Source: Raillietiella orientalis
Lineage: Eukaryota
DNA length: 64,000 nucleotides
NCBI GenBank assembly: GCA_036172245.1
Contig: JAYWIR010000030.1
Location: 2,046,001 to 2,110,000, forward strand
Reading direction: 5' to 3'
Position 1 is the stretch's first letter, and each line of letters starts with the position of its first letter. This document shows, piece after piece, positions 12,421 to 23,800 of the stretch. Both the position numbers and the translations under genes were made by a program. The notes beneath the pieces were generated by a model. That model searched no databases, had not been told where the DNA came from, and saw only the letters and a list, made by a program, of their open reading frames with translations.

Positions 12421-15417
12421 GCAGGAGTCGCTCTTCGGAGGGGAGGGGGGGAGACTCGTCATCGTCGTCGTCGCTCCCAGACGCGTTAATTAAAAGCCGA
12501 TCTTCGCCGTGCCTCCGAAAACGCAACTTTCTCTCTCCGGCGCCCTGCGTGTCCACCCCGGTCTCCCGAAGCCGGTTTGACACGACGAGCGGGGAACTCA
12601 GAGCCGAAGGTTTCCAAGGAGTTTCCACTGCGATCGATATTCCGTGATGAGTTTGGAATTGAGCTCAGCCCAAGTAAGGAAGCGAAAGTTCCAGAACGGC
12701 CTCGCGGTGGCCAAGCAAACAAAGAAGAGAGTGAGAGAGGAGGGAAAAAAAGAAAAAAAAAGGAAAAGAAAAAAAGAAAAAAAAATGTATCGGAAAGCAG
12801 CAGCTCCTCTCTGTCTTTCAGAGCAGATGGAAAACAACCGTCCGACCCGTGCGCTCCGGGAGCGTTGCGCGCCCGCGCGCACGCAATTCGTTGTGAAATA
12901 AGCCGAGCAGCTTTGACATACATTTGTCGGAAAACCAAAACAGGCAAAAAAGGCCTTTGGAGTGTACCAGCCACGAACGTGTACGCGCGTGCGCGCCCGG
13001 ACTGATGGCTTTCGCGGAAACCACTGGATTAGGATTGTCGTTCACTTGCAGGGAAGAGGGGATAACAGGAAGGACAGGAGGACTGGATGAAAACCTGCAG
13101 CGCGTGCTCGGAACCAGCTGCAGGGAAGACCGTCGGCATGATCCCTGGGGGAAAAGAAGCGGCGGAGGTCACCCCGCTCTCAAGACCCGGAGCATTTGGT
13201 GGTGCTGGTGCATCCGACGGAGCGAGAGAGTCGCAGACTTATCTCTGCCTGAGAGGATGGCAACAGCAGATCGAAACCTTGCCATTCCTTCGGTCTCTAG
13301 GCCGGTTCGATCTGCTACCACATCCCGTGGCCTCGATACGAAGTCTCATGGGGGGTGTTTCCACGGAAACCAGAACCCGCATGCGTGAGTTTTGCACCTG
13401 CACGGACCGGGAGGCTCCAGGCCCTCTTCTCTGGAGATCCCAAGATTGACGCGTCTTTCGCCGGCCCGAAGGTCTTCTAAAGAATTCCCTCGCCTGGCAA
13501 GTTTCGGTCTCAGAGCTTGCTCCATCTTCTGGGAGCAAGAATCTTGGGCATCGGCCCTACTGGGTCTCCCATTTCCCGACTCCAGATCCAACTCTCCTCG
13601 CATGGTTAGGTGGCCAGGAGCTACTGATGTCTTCATCGGAACTTTGAAAACTCCTCGAGGTCTGATTTCGGAGAGAAAATCTCGAGGTTTTTTTTTCATC
13701 CCGCAGTGTTTCGGACACTTTAACTTTATCCTAGATACAATAGTTGCTTGGTTGAACCAGGCTGAGACGGCTCGCTGGCTAGTGTGCCCCAGGGCGAGGG
13801 GCTGCTAGTCTGCCTCCTTGAGAACTCAGCTAAGAGCTCTCTTGAAAAGCAGAGAGAACGAAACTACCAGCAACTTACAAATCGTCGGCTCCAGCACTCG
13901 CCTAAGGATCTTATAGAACCAAAGACCCGAAAAATTGAGAGATGCTAAAGGGTTAAAGCAAGGTGCCTCAAAAACGAGACGGTGTGCTACAGCAGCCATC
14001 CACTCTCCTAGCTTGGTGAAAGCATCTCTTGGGTTGCCCTCTCTCCCTAAGGACCATGGTTTCCTCTACAGGATCACTGTCTCATAGGACAGGTGGAAGA
14101 TTACCCTTCCTGATTTATTGCTCCTACCCTTCATTTTTCATTCACATTTTGTTGGCTGCATTCACATCAAGAGAGTGATTGACAAGAACAAGTGAAGGGA
14201 AGGAAGGAAACACGACCTCCTTCTCAGCTCTTCAAGTCGTTCTCGAAACGAAGCTGAGAAAGAAGCTGATGTTTGTTTCTCAGACGGAAGACATCGAATG
14301 AGTCACATTCAGCACCTCTCCAGCCATGTTGCACTATAAGAAAGCACCAGACCGGATCTCTGAGACAGCTCAGAAGACGTGCAGATGGGGAGAGTCTGCC
14401 TCCCTGACAACGTCTGTGCACAGTTGGTGCACGACGAATTCCTCCTCTTCGTTGCTCGCCAGTTCCTAATGCCTTAAGAAACCTCCTACTGGCTGGATCC
14501 GTCCATTCAGTTCAATCATGTGCAACTGGGGTGCCAGCAGGAAAAACCCCAAGTTGCAGTCTCTGAGGCGACCGGAGGAAAAGAGGTCTGCTTTCCTCCC
14601 CCTTTCCGCGTCTACCTGGTAGCTTAAACGAGTTCTGCCTATCGAGCGGGTCATCTTCTGTATGACTCTTGAGGCTGCCATCCGATGAGCTCATGTTGCG
14701 TGATCTCGGAAAACTACGAAAACAAAGAGGAAAGCTGCTCGATCGGTCTTCGCGCCAAGGGCAAAACAACCGAGTGCGCCCCTAACTTTCCAGCCGGAGA
14801 AGCGAAGATCCCGAGGACAGGGCATGCGTGGGAGGACCTTACTGCAACTGCGACCAAGCAATTTCGAAGCTAAAGAGCAAAGCGATCGATTCGGAGAACT
14901 TGTCTAAGAAGATCTGCATCCGGGAACCCTCTCGCTCGTTTGGCGCAACAGCGGGTTCTACAGAAAGGTCTGTCTCGTGAGCAGGACGAAATCTGCTCTT
15001 GGTTTTCGGGTTCTCCAGACTTTTCTTTCTGGAAAAGCGGCAAGCATCCACTTGTCCTTGGAGAACTATCGATTATCAGATGAACCAGCCAGCGATGGAC
15101 TGCCCTTCTGACACCCTCATAAAACAGATGTTTTTTCTTTCGTACGTCTTGACCTCTCTGTGAGTAAAGTTACTTGGAAGAAAGCTTTTCTTTCTTGCAA
15201 ATGACATCTTTCAGGGCATTTCGAGAGACTTCAGCGGAAGGACTGCCACATGAGCCATCGAAGGTCGTTCCGGGAAGCAAACCTTGATTTTCCGTTTCGG
15301 ACATACCTCATTCTGCATCTGCTTTCAACGCGATGACTCAGAGCTCAGTCCTTGAAGGGACCGACGTTGATTTTGTATTTTTCTGGGGATCAGGTGAGGC
15401 TCTGACTCGCTTTCATC

Positions 15418-16430
15418 ATGCAACTAAAAAAGTCCCCTTCTTGCTCAAAAGTTGGTGTGGCGTTCCCCGTGCAGAAGCGCTCATGCGCCTCAGGGAATGC
15501 CCATCTCATGCTTGGAGCCATACTGGACCTCCTAGGTCCAGAGAGATACCTTAGCATCTCCAACTTTAGATTCATAAGCACTACCTACTTGTGTGCCCCC
15601 CCCCTTCGATATGAGAAAAAAGAAGGAAGGCGCTGTAGGGTGTGGAACGGGTCTTTGCAGCAGCATCTTCAATCACTGCATGCCCACTCCCAACTCGCAT
15701 GGCAACGCCTCTCTGTAGCAGGATAGAATGGGGAGCTCAAGGGAGTTTGCTCTCAAGGGAGCAAACCGCTCCTGCTTTGTGCTCTCCCTTGTTTCCAGAC
15801 CTCGTGCTGCAAAAGGACAGCCGGGCTGCAATAGTGGGTGCCCGCTGGCCGTTCGATAATGAGGCAGCAGTGTTCAGGATAGAACGAGGAGCAGAACTCA
15901 CGAATTGCACTACCTAGGGAACCGACTACCAGCACCCTCGCACCATGACTTGGACCCGGAAGTGGCCAAGGGTAGGCTCGTTCAACGACGAAGTTTTGAT
16001 GCAGTTGAGAGCTTCCCTGCTGGACGCGGGGGGGGAAGATGGCAGTACCTAGCCCTATCGTCCAACACCCGATGCAGCAAGGGCAACCTCGTTACGAAGA
16101 CCAGATGAGAGCATCCCTGAGCTCCGTTGAAGAGGATCCTCCATCCACGGGGTGCTTAGTTAGCAGTGTCACGGGAGTAGCCTGCGTTTCCTCCTCACTT
16201 CGCCAAAGATTTCCCTCTTTTGCTGCCCCTCCGCAGATGATGGCCTCATCTTCAGGGCTCCGAGAAATCGAGAACTTCCTCAACTTGCGTCACGGGATGT
16301 CCAGTAACAAAATTCATTCAGGAACGCGCATCTTCTCCCAGAACAGCTATGAGATGGAAATGGCAGGAACTTTCCGTGCTCACATCTGTGGAGAATCGGG
16401 GGAGGCCGTCCGCAAGATGAGAAGTTGAGG
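15418..16430 (+). mobile_element. Ty3/Gypsy pol remnant (RT, RT-RNase H connection, integrase-like pieces)
   Basis: ILDLLGPERYLSISNF (cf. LLDxLxGAxYFSxLDL), QTAPALCSPLFPDLVLQKDSRAAIVGA (cf. TAPVLxxPDFxxxFxLxTDASxxAIGA) and LRHGMSSNKIHSGTRIFS (cf. RHGxPxxIxSDxGxxF), in gypsy order but frameshifted and compressed. Confidence 0.45.
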
Positions 16431-17249
16431 TTCTTCGTGATGAAAGATGCACCCACCTTGCCGTTTGCACCCGGTCACACTGGGACTTTTTATTTAAAAA
16501 TAAATGAATTACAAGTCAGGGACAGCCTCCTCTAAACACAGAAATACAAGAACGACAACAATAACATACAAAAAAGGAAGTTCACTGGGGATGACCACCA
16601 GCTCGGAGGCCGGCTTCTAAGGAAGTCGGGAGCGAGAGAGAAAGGATGATAAATAAATTAAAAAAAAAGAAAGGAGGTAGGGACAAGGGTCTTTGGTTTC
16701 AGGTATTCCTTTTTTCCAAGAGGTAGCACTGAATGCTGGCGACCTCCCTGTCGACTTCTTCCTGCATGTGAGGCCATCTCGTAGCCGTCCTCATCAAGGC
16801 GGCTCTGTTTCATATGGTTTCCTTTGAACCTTTTCAGATAGAAGGAAGGTATGCCTTGACTTCCGGTGTCTTCCTTTCCACAAACAAACGCCGGACTCGC
16901 ATTGAAAAAAATGGAAATTTGCGCGAGGCAATCTGAAAAAAAAGAAAACAGAAGGTTGTTGAAGGAAGAAAAGAATCTTCTACAGTCTTGTCACCGATCG
17001 GAAGCTCTCTGATAGGTTATTCATACTGGTCGGTGACCTAGGATGTCAGTGCACTTACGTCCAGGCTGCGCTAACTGTTGGCTCACATCAACACTTCCTT
17101 CACGTTTTTAGCTTCAGGAACTGGGATTGCCAGTACTAAAGTCGTATTGCCATATCGACGAGAACGAGTACCTTTATTTGGCCACCTTTCTAAGCTGCTC
17201 TTCCAGAGCCGCTGCCGAGTTCTTTGGGAACTTATAGACGATATGTCGT

Positions 17250-17486
17250 TCAACACACTGATGAAGGCATCAAGCTGCTTCGTTTGGAATAACACATGGT
17301 TTGTGTGGATTGGAGCGGAGCTTCATTTAGGCATTTGGCCACCTCAGTGGCATACAAATTCCCCTTATTTACATACATCACTGAGTTCTCATCAGGGCAA
17401 GTGACATCCAGTATACTCACCCCACTCCCTTTCCGGAGCAGCGAAGTCTCCAGTTGACTCCTGAGATTGCATTGTTTGGAGGCCAC
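17250..17486 (-). mobile_element. Restriction-like endonuclease (RLE) remnant of an R2/NeSL-type non-LTR retrotransposon
   Basis: ORF reads SLLRKGSGVSILDVTCPDEN (DVTCPDEN at 17385-17408), resembling the PDLV..IIDVTxPFEN motif of RLE-clade elements; it lies downstream of an RT remnant on the same strand. Confidence 0.45.
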
Positions 17487-17529
17487 TAGATGTCACTTTT
17501 CCCGAGTCACTCATGGTTCTTAGAGAGGA

Positions 17530-18200
17530 AGAACTTCACGTGATCAGGACGGAGCCAGAGATGACCGATGGAAATCCGCGGACTGTCAGCGATAACCTGC
17601 AAGTCGGTCCTATAAGAGCTGACCGCAAGCGGAAGAACGGCGAATCCGGGCGCCAGTTCCCTCCGCAGTTCATCACGGTGCTCGCCGAAGCGCAAAGAGG
17701 ATGGGATCCCGGATGGGCAGAGAAGAAGCGACCTCGGCCTATCTCCAGCTCCAGGTGGCCGGGAGGTCCAGTTTGCTCGAACTCTGAGGGGCTAGTCAGG
17801 GGAAGCAAAACTGGCTGACGCAGGAGAAACCAAAGGATGAGCTCGTCGGACCCCGCGGAAGGTGTTGGTTGCCGCGGGAAGCAGGGTGGTGACAACCGCG
17901 CAAGTCGTGGCCCGGCCTGAAGTGCATGCAGCGACGCAGCAGCCGAAGCGACCGGCCCTAAGCGCTCAAGCGTCGAGCCTGCCCCCAGCCTGCTGGATGG
18001 GACTGTTCCTGCTTGCGCGGTGCTCCGTGGTCGGCAGAGATGGGGTGCGGCGAGGAGGTTGAGGAGGGAAGGTGGCAACGGTGCGCGCAGGAGGGTTCGG
18101 GGCCTGAAACTCCGGGGGCTCAGGTCGCAGCAGTGGCAGCAGAAACTTTGCAGCGGGATCGTGGAGGTCGCACGGAGAGGAGGGCTCCGAGAGAACAGCC
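17530..18200 (+). repeat. 671-bp inverted repeat, copy A (partner 53913-54583)
   Basis: Reverse complement of 53913-54583 with no indel (end coordinates both sum to 72113). Four substitutions seen by eye (17538, 17543, 17874, 18125). ORFs 17536-18078(-) and 53597-54628(+) share an essentially identical ~180-aa translation. Confidence 0.98.
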
Positions 18201-18229
18201 GTTGAGCAGGATTCAGTCAATCCTAATTC

Positions 18230-18940
18230 CTTAGAGAAAGAGTTTTGCACCCGGCGATTAGGGTGGAGAGTGAATTTTTGCACCTTTTTGCACACGAGCC
18301 CAATTCTAGTAGGTGCGCTCTCATGGCAGAAAATTTCGTTGAGCAGCGTTCATGAGACAGTGAGCTGCAGGTGATCGTCGGTATACAGGAAGTGGCTCTG
18401 GTAGGATACATGGATGTGGTATTTCCTTTCATCTGGGTGCCCCCCGATGAGGGAAAAGCCATGACTGCACGTCGATGAAAAAAAAAGGCGTTACCCAAAA
18501 CTGACCGCATTCTGTTTTCGTTCCATAGAAGCTGTCAGTGTCTGTTGTGCTCACAATCTGATAGATAGTTCACAATGATGGATGGATGGCTCATAATTGA
18601 TAGCTGGAGTAGGATGGGCATATCGAAATAGAATGTGCAAAGCGAATCAGCAAAGGACAGCAACACTTCAGCTCCATACATCGAGGTCCCTTGCTGATGC
18701 CACAACTTATGTGATGAGGCTCACAAACTGTTGCGGCGTCACGCGTAAATCCTAGAGCACTTTTGTGTCGTTTTACCCGACCCCATTCGACACACATCCT
18801 TCTCCAAAACTAATAAAGAAGAATATCCTATTTCATGGAACATTCCAGAAGCATTTTCGTTCCAAGTTACCCACCGTTCTACGGTCCTATAGACCGAAAA
18901 ATGGGTTCTTTGCTTTTCTCCTTCATCTAATATCAATTCG
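18230..18940 (-). mobile_element. Non-LTR retrotransposon reverse transcriptase remnant
   Basis: Minus strand reads SHFLYTDDHLQLTVS*..IGLVCKK (YTDD at 18374-18385), preceded in correct order by VYRTV (cf. NYRPI), LGFTRDAAT (cf. QxGFR..ST) and ADSLCTFYF..PSIIVNYL (cf. DxxKAFD). Stops and frameshifts present. Confidence 0.6.
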
Positions 18941-19442
18941 GAACAGCTTCAAAGAGAGAGAATCGTCCTGAGCAGATGTATTCATCCCTGAATCTTCCAA
19001 GCTGCCGACTTGCCCGTCTCAGTCCCAGGTGTTCAGGCCGATCTTGATAATGCTCCAGGTATCTGCCTGGAAAAGAAGCAAAAGAGTTATGTTCCTGAAG
19101 CTGTTTCTGGAGAGTTTTACTCAGTGGACTCGAATGCTCCACCCTCTTTTCAGAAAGGAAAAGAATTCATAAGGAGTCCCAAGTGATCAGCACTTCCTTG
19201 GCTCGGTTCCCTGAAACGGCCTCGAAGGGATTAGTTTGGAAGTAACGGACCATTTTTAGTGTCGCTGACCATCGTCTGCGAAATATTTCTTTGTCATGAC
19301 TTTTTTTTTATTTTTTTTAAGCAGTAGTATGCAACATAAGGGAATGATGGCTTCTTTTACGTCAAGTTGCAGTCACCTGCAGCTACAGAGTTCGGAAGCA
19401 ATGCTAGTAGGGTTTTCATAAAAGCATTTGCATATCGAAGCA

Positions 19443-19514
19443 GAAGACCTTTGCAAGAGGTGGGGTCCATTGACAAGAAGATCTGGTGGAAAGAGATCCT
19501 CACACCCAAGTGAA
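19443..19514 (+). repeat. 72-bp inverted repeat, left arm
   Basis: 66/72 identical to the reverse complement of 20165-20236, no indels. Confidence 0.95.
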
Positions 19515-20164
19515 ATTCTTTAGTAAAAGGCGAAAGAATTATTCGTTAGAATGGGGACCAAGTGAAATTCGAGCTAAAGTCTGGTGGATCCTCCCACCGT
19601 CTTCAAAAACCAGTTCTCCAGAAGTTCTTGAGAAATGCTGAGCACAGCAAGTTGTGGGTCTCTAGAGGGAAACAGCAATCAAGGTTTCACTGGAAGAGAA
19701 CCATGCAAAAGTTGTATGGGTACTATGGAGCATCAGGATTGTCTTGAGAGAAGCCAGGATAACAATATCCAGTGCTTCTGGCTGGTGGGAATTCCTCGAT
19801 TTGGGGTTGTTCCTGCAAGGGGATAAGAGTGAACCATTGTGAGGAACATGCCATGCGTCGAGATGGCCAGGAAGATTCTGATCTTCTTCATCAGGAGAAT
19901 CTTCATATAACAGAGACGCAGCATCCGGATGGAGCTCAAGGAAGCGATGGAAGAAGGACCACAGCGAGATCAATTGTTCCAAGGTTTAGAGGCTGTCAAA
20001 AGTTCGCAGACCGCCTTGAGACAAAGACATTGCATACATTGTTTCCTGGAATTACTCTCTCTGCCTTTCATCATGTGCGTTAGGTCCAGACATATCTGCT
20101 GCCGAAAGGGCTCACACAGAAATCACCACAGGCGCCGAGACCAGCTTCTGGCGTTCAGACAGCC

Positions 20165-20236
20165 TTCACGTGGATGTGAGGATCTCTTTCCACCAGATCT
20201 TCTTGCTGATGGACCCCACCTCTTGCAGAGGTCTTC
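20165..20236 (-). repeat. 72-bp inverted repeat, right arm
   Basis: Reverse complement gaagacctctgcaagaggtggggtccatcagcaagaagatctggtggaaagagatcctcacatccacgtgaa matches 19443-19514. Confidence 0.95.
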
Positions 20237-20699
20237 GTGCCGTTGTGCAGAAGTCTTAGAAGGGAGTCTGTCGAAGATCGTGGTCAACAGAAACGAAACC
20301 ATCTAGCAAACTTGCTGCAAAACTTCTCGCCTCACTCCACAAGAAAACGCACAATAAGTGGAGGTTCGTTCCAAAAGATGAGGACTTCAAGGAGGCAAAA
20401 ATTCATACCCTACAGAAATGAACTCACAACTGGTGATGGTGATGAGTTCTTGATGACCTAATAGCAATACGATGTACAATATGAAGCTGTCATAGAATTA
20501 AAGAACATGACCTAAATTCAATTCTGGACACTTTCGTACTGCAATCATCTCTTCAAGAGACTTTTGCATTGAAGACGTAATGAAAATTTCGGAATTTCAG
20601 AGGCAAATGCTTTCGAAAGACAAGAGGGCAGGAAAACTTGAGAAGAGTTATTCAGGGTTCCAAATGCTGTCATGGATAACGACACAGTATCTGAAACGC

Positions 20700-22710
20700 T
20701 TCAGAAATCCAAGCGGAAAAGCTGTCGAGAATCCGTAGTGCGATCAGGGCTTTTTCCAGGGAGGCGCATTCTTCCGTTCCCGGTTCGAAGAAGCAACACG
20801 TTGGAGCCGTCCCTGAGATGGCGAGCTCGTAACAGGATCAAAGGCCAGTGGCAAGTAGACAAAAACTGACCTCCGTCCTGAGGCGGATCTCTTTTCCAGG
20901 ATTTCGCTCCATTCCCTGTGATTTCGACAACTCTCCTGCACTTTTCTTTATCCAAAGAGGCACGGAGAGCCTGACTAAGGTGCAAGAATTAGGACGGCGT
21001 GCGCAATTCTGTTCGGATTTGCGTTTTTTTCCTCTGGCAAAACGATCGACAGCTTCTCGTAACCGCCCTGAATTGGTAACTCTTCTTCTGCGATTTTTTT
21101 CTTTCGTTGGCAGCATTCTCATCGGGCAGGAGCTGTCGGCCTACTTAAAGGAACTTCTCGAAAAGCTCTCGAAAAACCCTTCCCCAAACAGCGAAAACGC
21201 GCGCGACTCGCTTCAGAGAGCAGGCGCGGCGCATTCGACGCCGGACCGGGTTCTCTGATCGGAAGCAATCTGGAGCAACTGGATGCTTTTCCGTGGTCGC
21301 TGCTTTTCAGTTTCATAGGAGAGGCCTTTCAGAGGCATGTTCCCGAATACGTGCAAAAAAAAAAAAAAAAAATTCTCACACGGAGATGCGCGGCGCTACG
21401 CGATAGGTACAGTCATATGGTCTGTAGCGCGTTCTCAGCTTCGCGCCCGTGGTCGACTCCCTGCCTCGCCCAGAGCCGGTACCACAAATAGGGAGACACG
21501 AGAGGGCACAATCAACAGCCCTTTAACAGCTCTCGTCGGAAGGAGTTCCGATCTCGGTCTGCGCATCCTCCATAAAGTTCTTAGGATCCGGGGATATCCA
21601 GGTAACATGCGATGCTGCACGAGTGTTAAGGAACTCGCGAAGACAGGAGGAGAACATTAGGGAGGATGTGGTGCGCTTAGACATCCAGGATTTACCAAAC
21701 ACCTATTGGAACCATCGTTCTGGTCATTTACTTTGAGGAAGGAGCCACTGTGGATTCGCTACTTTGAGCGAATCGCTGAGATTTCAAAGTGCATCCTCAT
21801 GGACCACTTGCTGAGACGCATGGACCTCTATTGCTCCAGAATTGGTTCAGCCTCTTCCTCCGGTCGATACTCCCAACACTCCAGCTCTCTAATGTCTCTC
21901 TCCACAGAACCTGCCCTATTGACTTCTGCAGGTTGTTTACTTGCCGGAGGTTCCTTCCCCTTACGACAGAGGCCCTTGAAAATCATGCTGAGTACCACGT
22001 AATCGCTGCATCCCACTCCCCATTTATTTGTGGTCCCTCCTCCCTCCTCTCCCTGCACTCGTCCCTCATTTACCTGCCAGCGGGGGGTAGCACCTTTGGA
22101 TACGAGTCGAATTCTGCGGGCAAATGAAGCCACCTTGCTGAGGTCCTCCTCTGTGTGGCCGCTGTGTGATACTTCCTATCTCTGCTGGAGAAACATCAGC
22201 GCGAGGCTGGCTGTCACAGCGTCTCAATCGCAGCGCCACCTAGCGCGCCATCCCCTGAGCGCGAAGAATCCCCACAGCAAGTCTCTCTCGAGTGTACTCT
22301 GAATGCAGCTGCGCTGTCGCCATCCTATCGCATCCAGAGGCATCTCCTATCCATGATAAGGTCCTCTCAGAGGAGCTAAGTACCAAAGAATCGTTCGCCT
22401 CTTTAGGGAAAGTTCGTAGAGCTCTTTGATACTGTTCACGCCGCGCGAGGGTGCGCGTAGCTCTTCAAATTATGGGGAGTGACCCCAGAGGGACCACACT
22501 ATGAATCCAGGAAGGCTCCAGAGGAAGGAGTTCATTCTTCCTACGCTTGGTAGGGGAACCCTGAAGGGAAACCCTTCCTCATTCTCTCCGGAGGGGTCCC
22601 GCAAAGGAGAACGCTCTCATTTCTTCCAAAGGACTCTGAAGGGTAGATTTCCCTGAAGGTTGCTCCCCAAGGGGAACAGAGCGCTTCTTACGATCAGCAG
22701 AGGCAACCTC
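20700..22710 (-). mobile_element. L1/Tx1-like LINE remnant: APE endonuclease to start of RT
   Basis: GVGCSDYVVLSMIF (cf. SDH motif ending the APE domain) in ORF 21828-22133, and LPGKSPDRTTDSRQLF (cf. KSPGPDG..F) in ORF 20701-20985. Confidence 0.4.
22415..22710 (+). repeat. Diverged direct repeat, copy 1 (partner about 29560-29900)
   Basis: ggaccacactatgaatccaggaaggctccagaggaa (22491) vs ggaccaccctatgaatccaggaaggctccggaggaa (29616), 34/36; patchy similarity continues on both sides. Confidence 0.85.
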
Positions 22711-23199
22711 TAGCTTCACATCCGAAGGGGTACCCCGAAGGGAAGAGGGACTCTTTGATTCTTGGAGGGACCCCGGAGGGTCGACTTTCAATCCCGGCAG
22801 GTCAATGGTGACATCCAGTTTCCGGCTTCCATCATTGCCGCATCTCCAACCCTATCGGGGCGAACAGGAGTCATCCCGCGGGGAGGACTCGAAACTCAGG
22901 ATGAACCCCACATTTTTCGGAGTAGTGATTTGAGCCCGCGATGCTTGGTTCCAGCAGGGAGACCGCGGCCACAAGGTTGCCAACGCGGGCCAAGGAAGAG
23001 AAATCGAGAGTCATTCCGAGGAATCTGCTTCCGCGTTCGGATGTTTAGATGGCTGTGGTCGATTCTTCGAAGGGACAGGAAACCTTCAGGACGATTATTC
23101 TGCTTCCTTTTAGGGAGCCAGTGATGCTCTCCAACTAGGATACTTCGGCTACTCCAACATGGAAAACGCTCTGAATAGGGGCGAGCAGTTTAGTAGATG

Positions 23200-23800
23200 A
23201 TCGAAGCCTCTTCCTCGCTGAGAGTTTTTCATGAGCACGTACCCTCAAATTCGACCAATAGGACTTCGAAGATGGGTGCCAAATGCAGTTTTCCGTTCCT
23301 GGAGAATCTTGGAATCCCGGAGAAATTCCAAGACATCAGGGTGGTTGGAATTTGCACGTCTTACGAATCTAAGTGCACCACGCTGCCCTCAACGGATTGA
23401 AACTACGCATGGTCACCGCTTCCTGCTCCTCTTCAGACGGCAAAGATTTTCCATAAGCGCCTTCGCCGTGATGAGCAGGCTTCTTTGAAACCAGAGACGT
23501 CCAGGCGGAAGAGGAATCCTGGTGCTCCGGAGAGCCGTTCTGAGTGTCCCGGCTGGCATGGGTACGCTCACAAGGCACGAAAAGCGCTGCTTCCTAAACA
23601 CTTCCGTCAGTGACCAGACAAGGGTAGCGCCAGTGATTTCGGAAAAGCGTCCTTCTTTGCTGGTATCGTTTTTGGGAATATAGATGTTCCCAGATCCCAG
23701 ATGGCTCCTCAGAAAGTTTCCGCGTAGAGACTGCTCTCAGGTCCTCGCTGGATCTGGTGGTGCAAACCGCAAACCACAGCATGTCGGAGGATCACGGAGC
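23200..23800 (+). mobile_element. Possible LINE RT remnant
   Basis: IRPIGL, FLENLGIPEKF (cf. LxxLGxPxK), RRQRFSISAFAVMSRL (cf. RQGxPLSP), SGGANRK. Weak. Confidence 0.25.

Noticed and set aside
13730..13975. LINE RT motifs SVPQGEGL and GLKQG
   Set aside because: Two isolated short matches with no YxDD in register; insufficient support.
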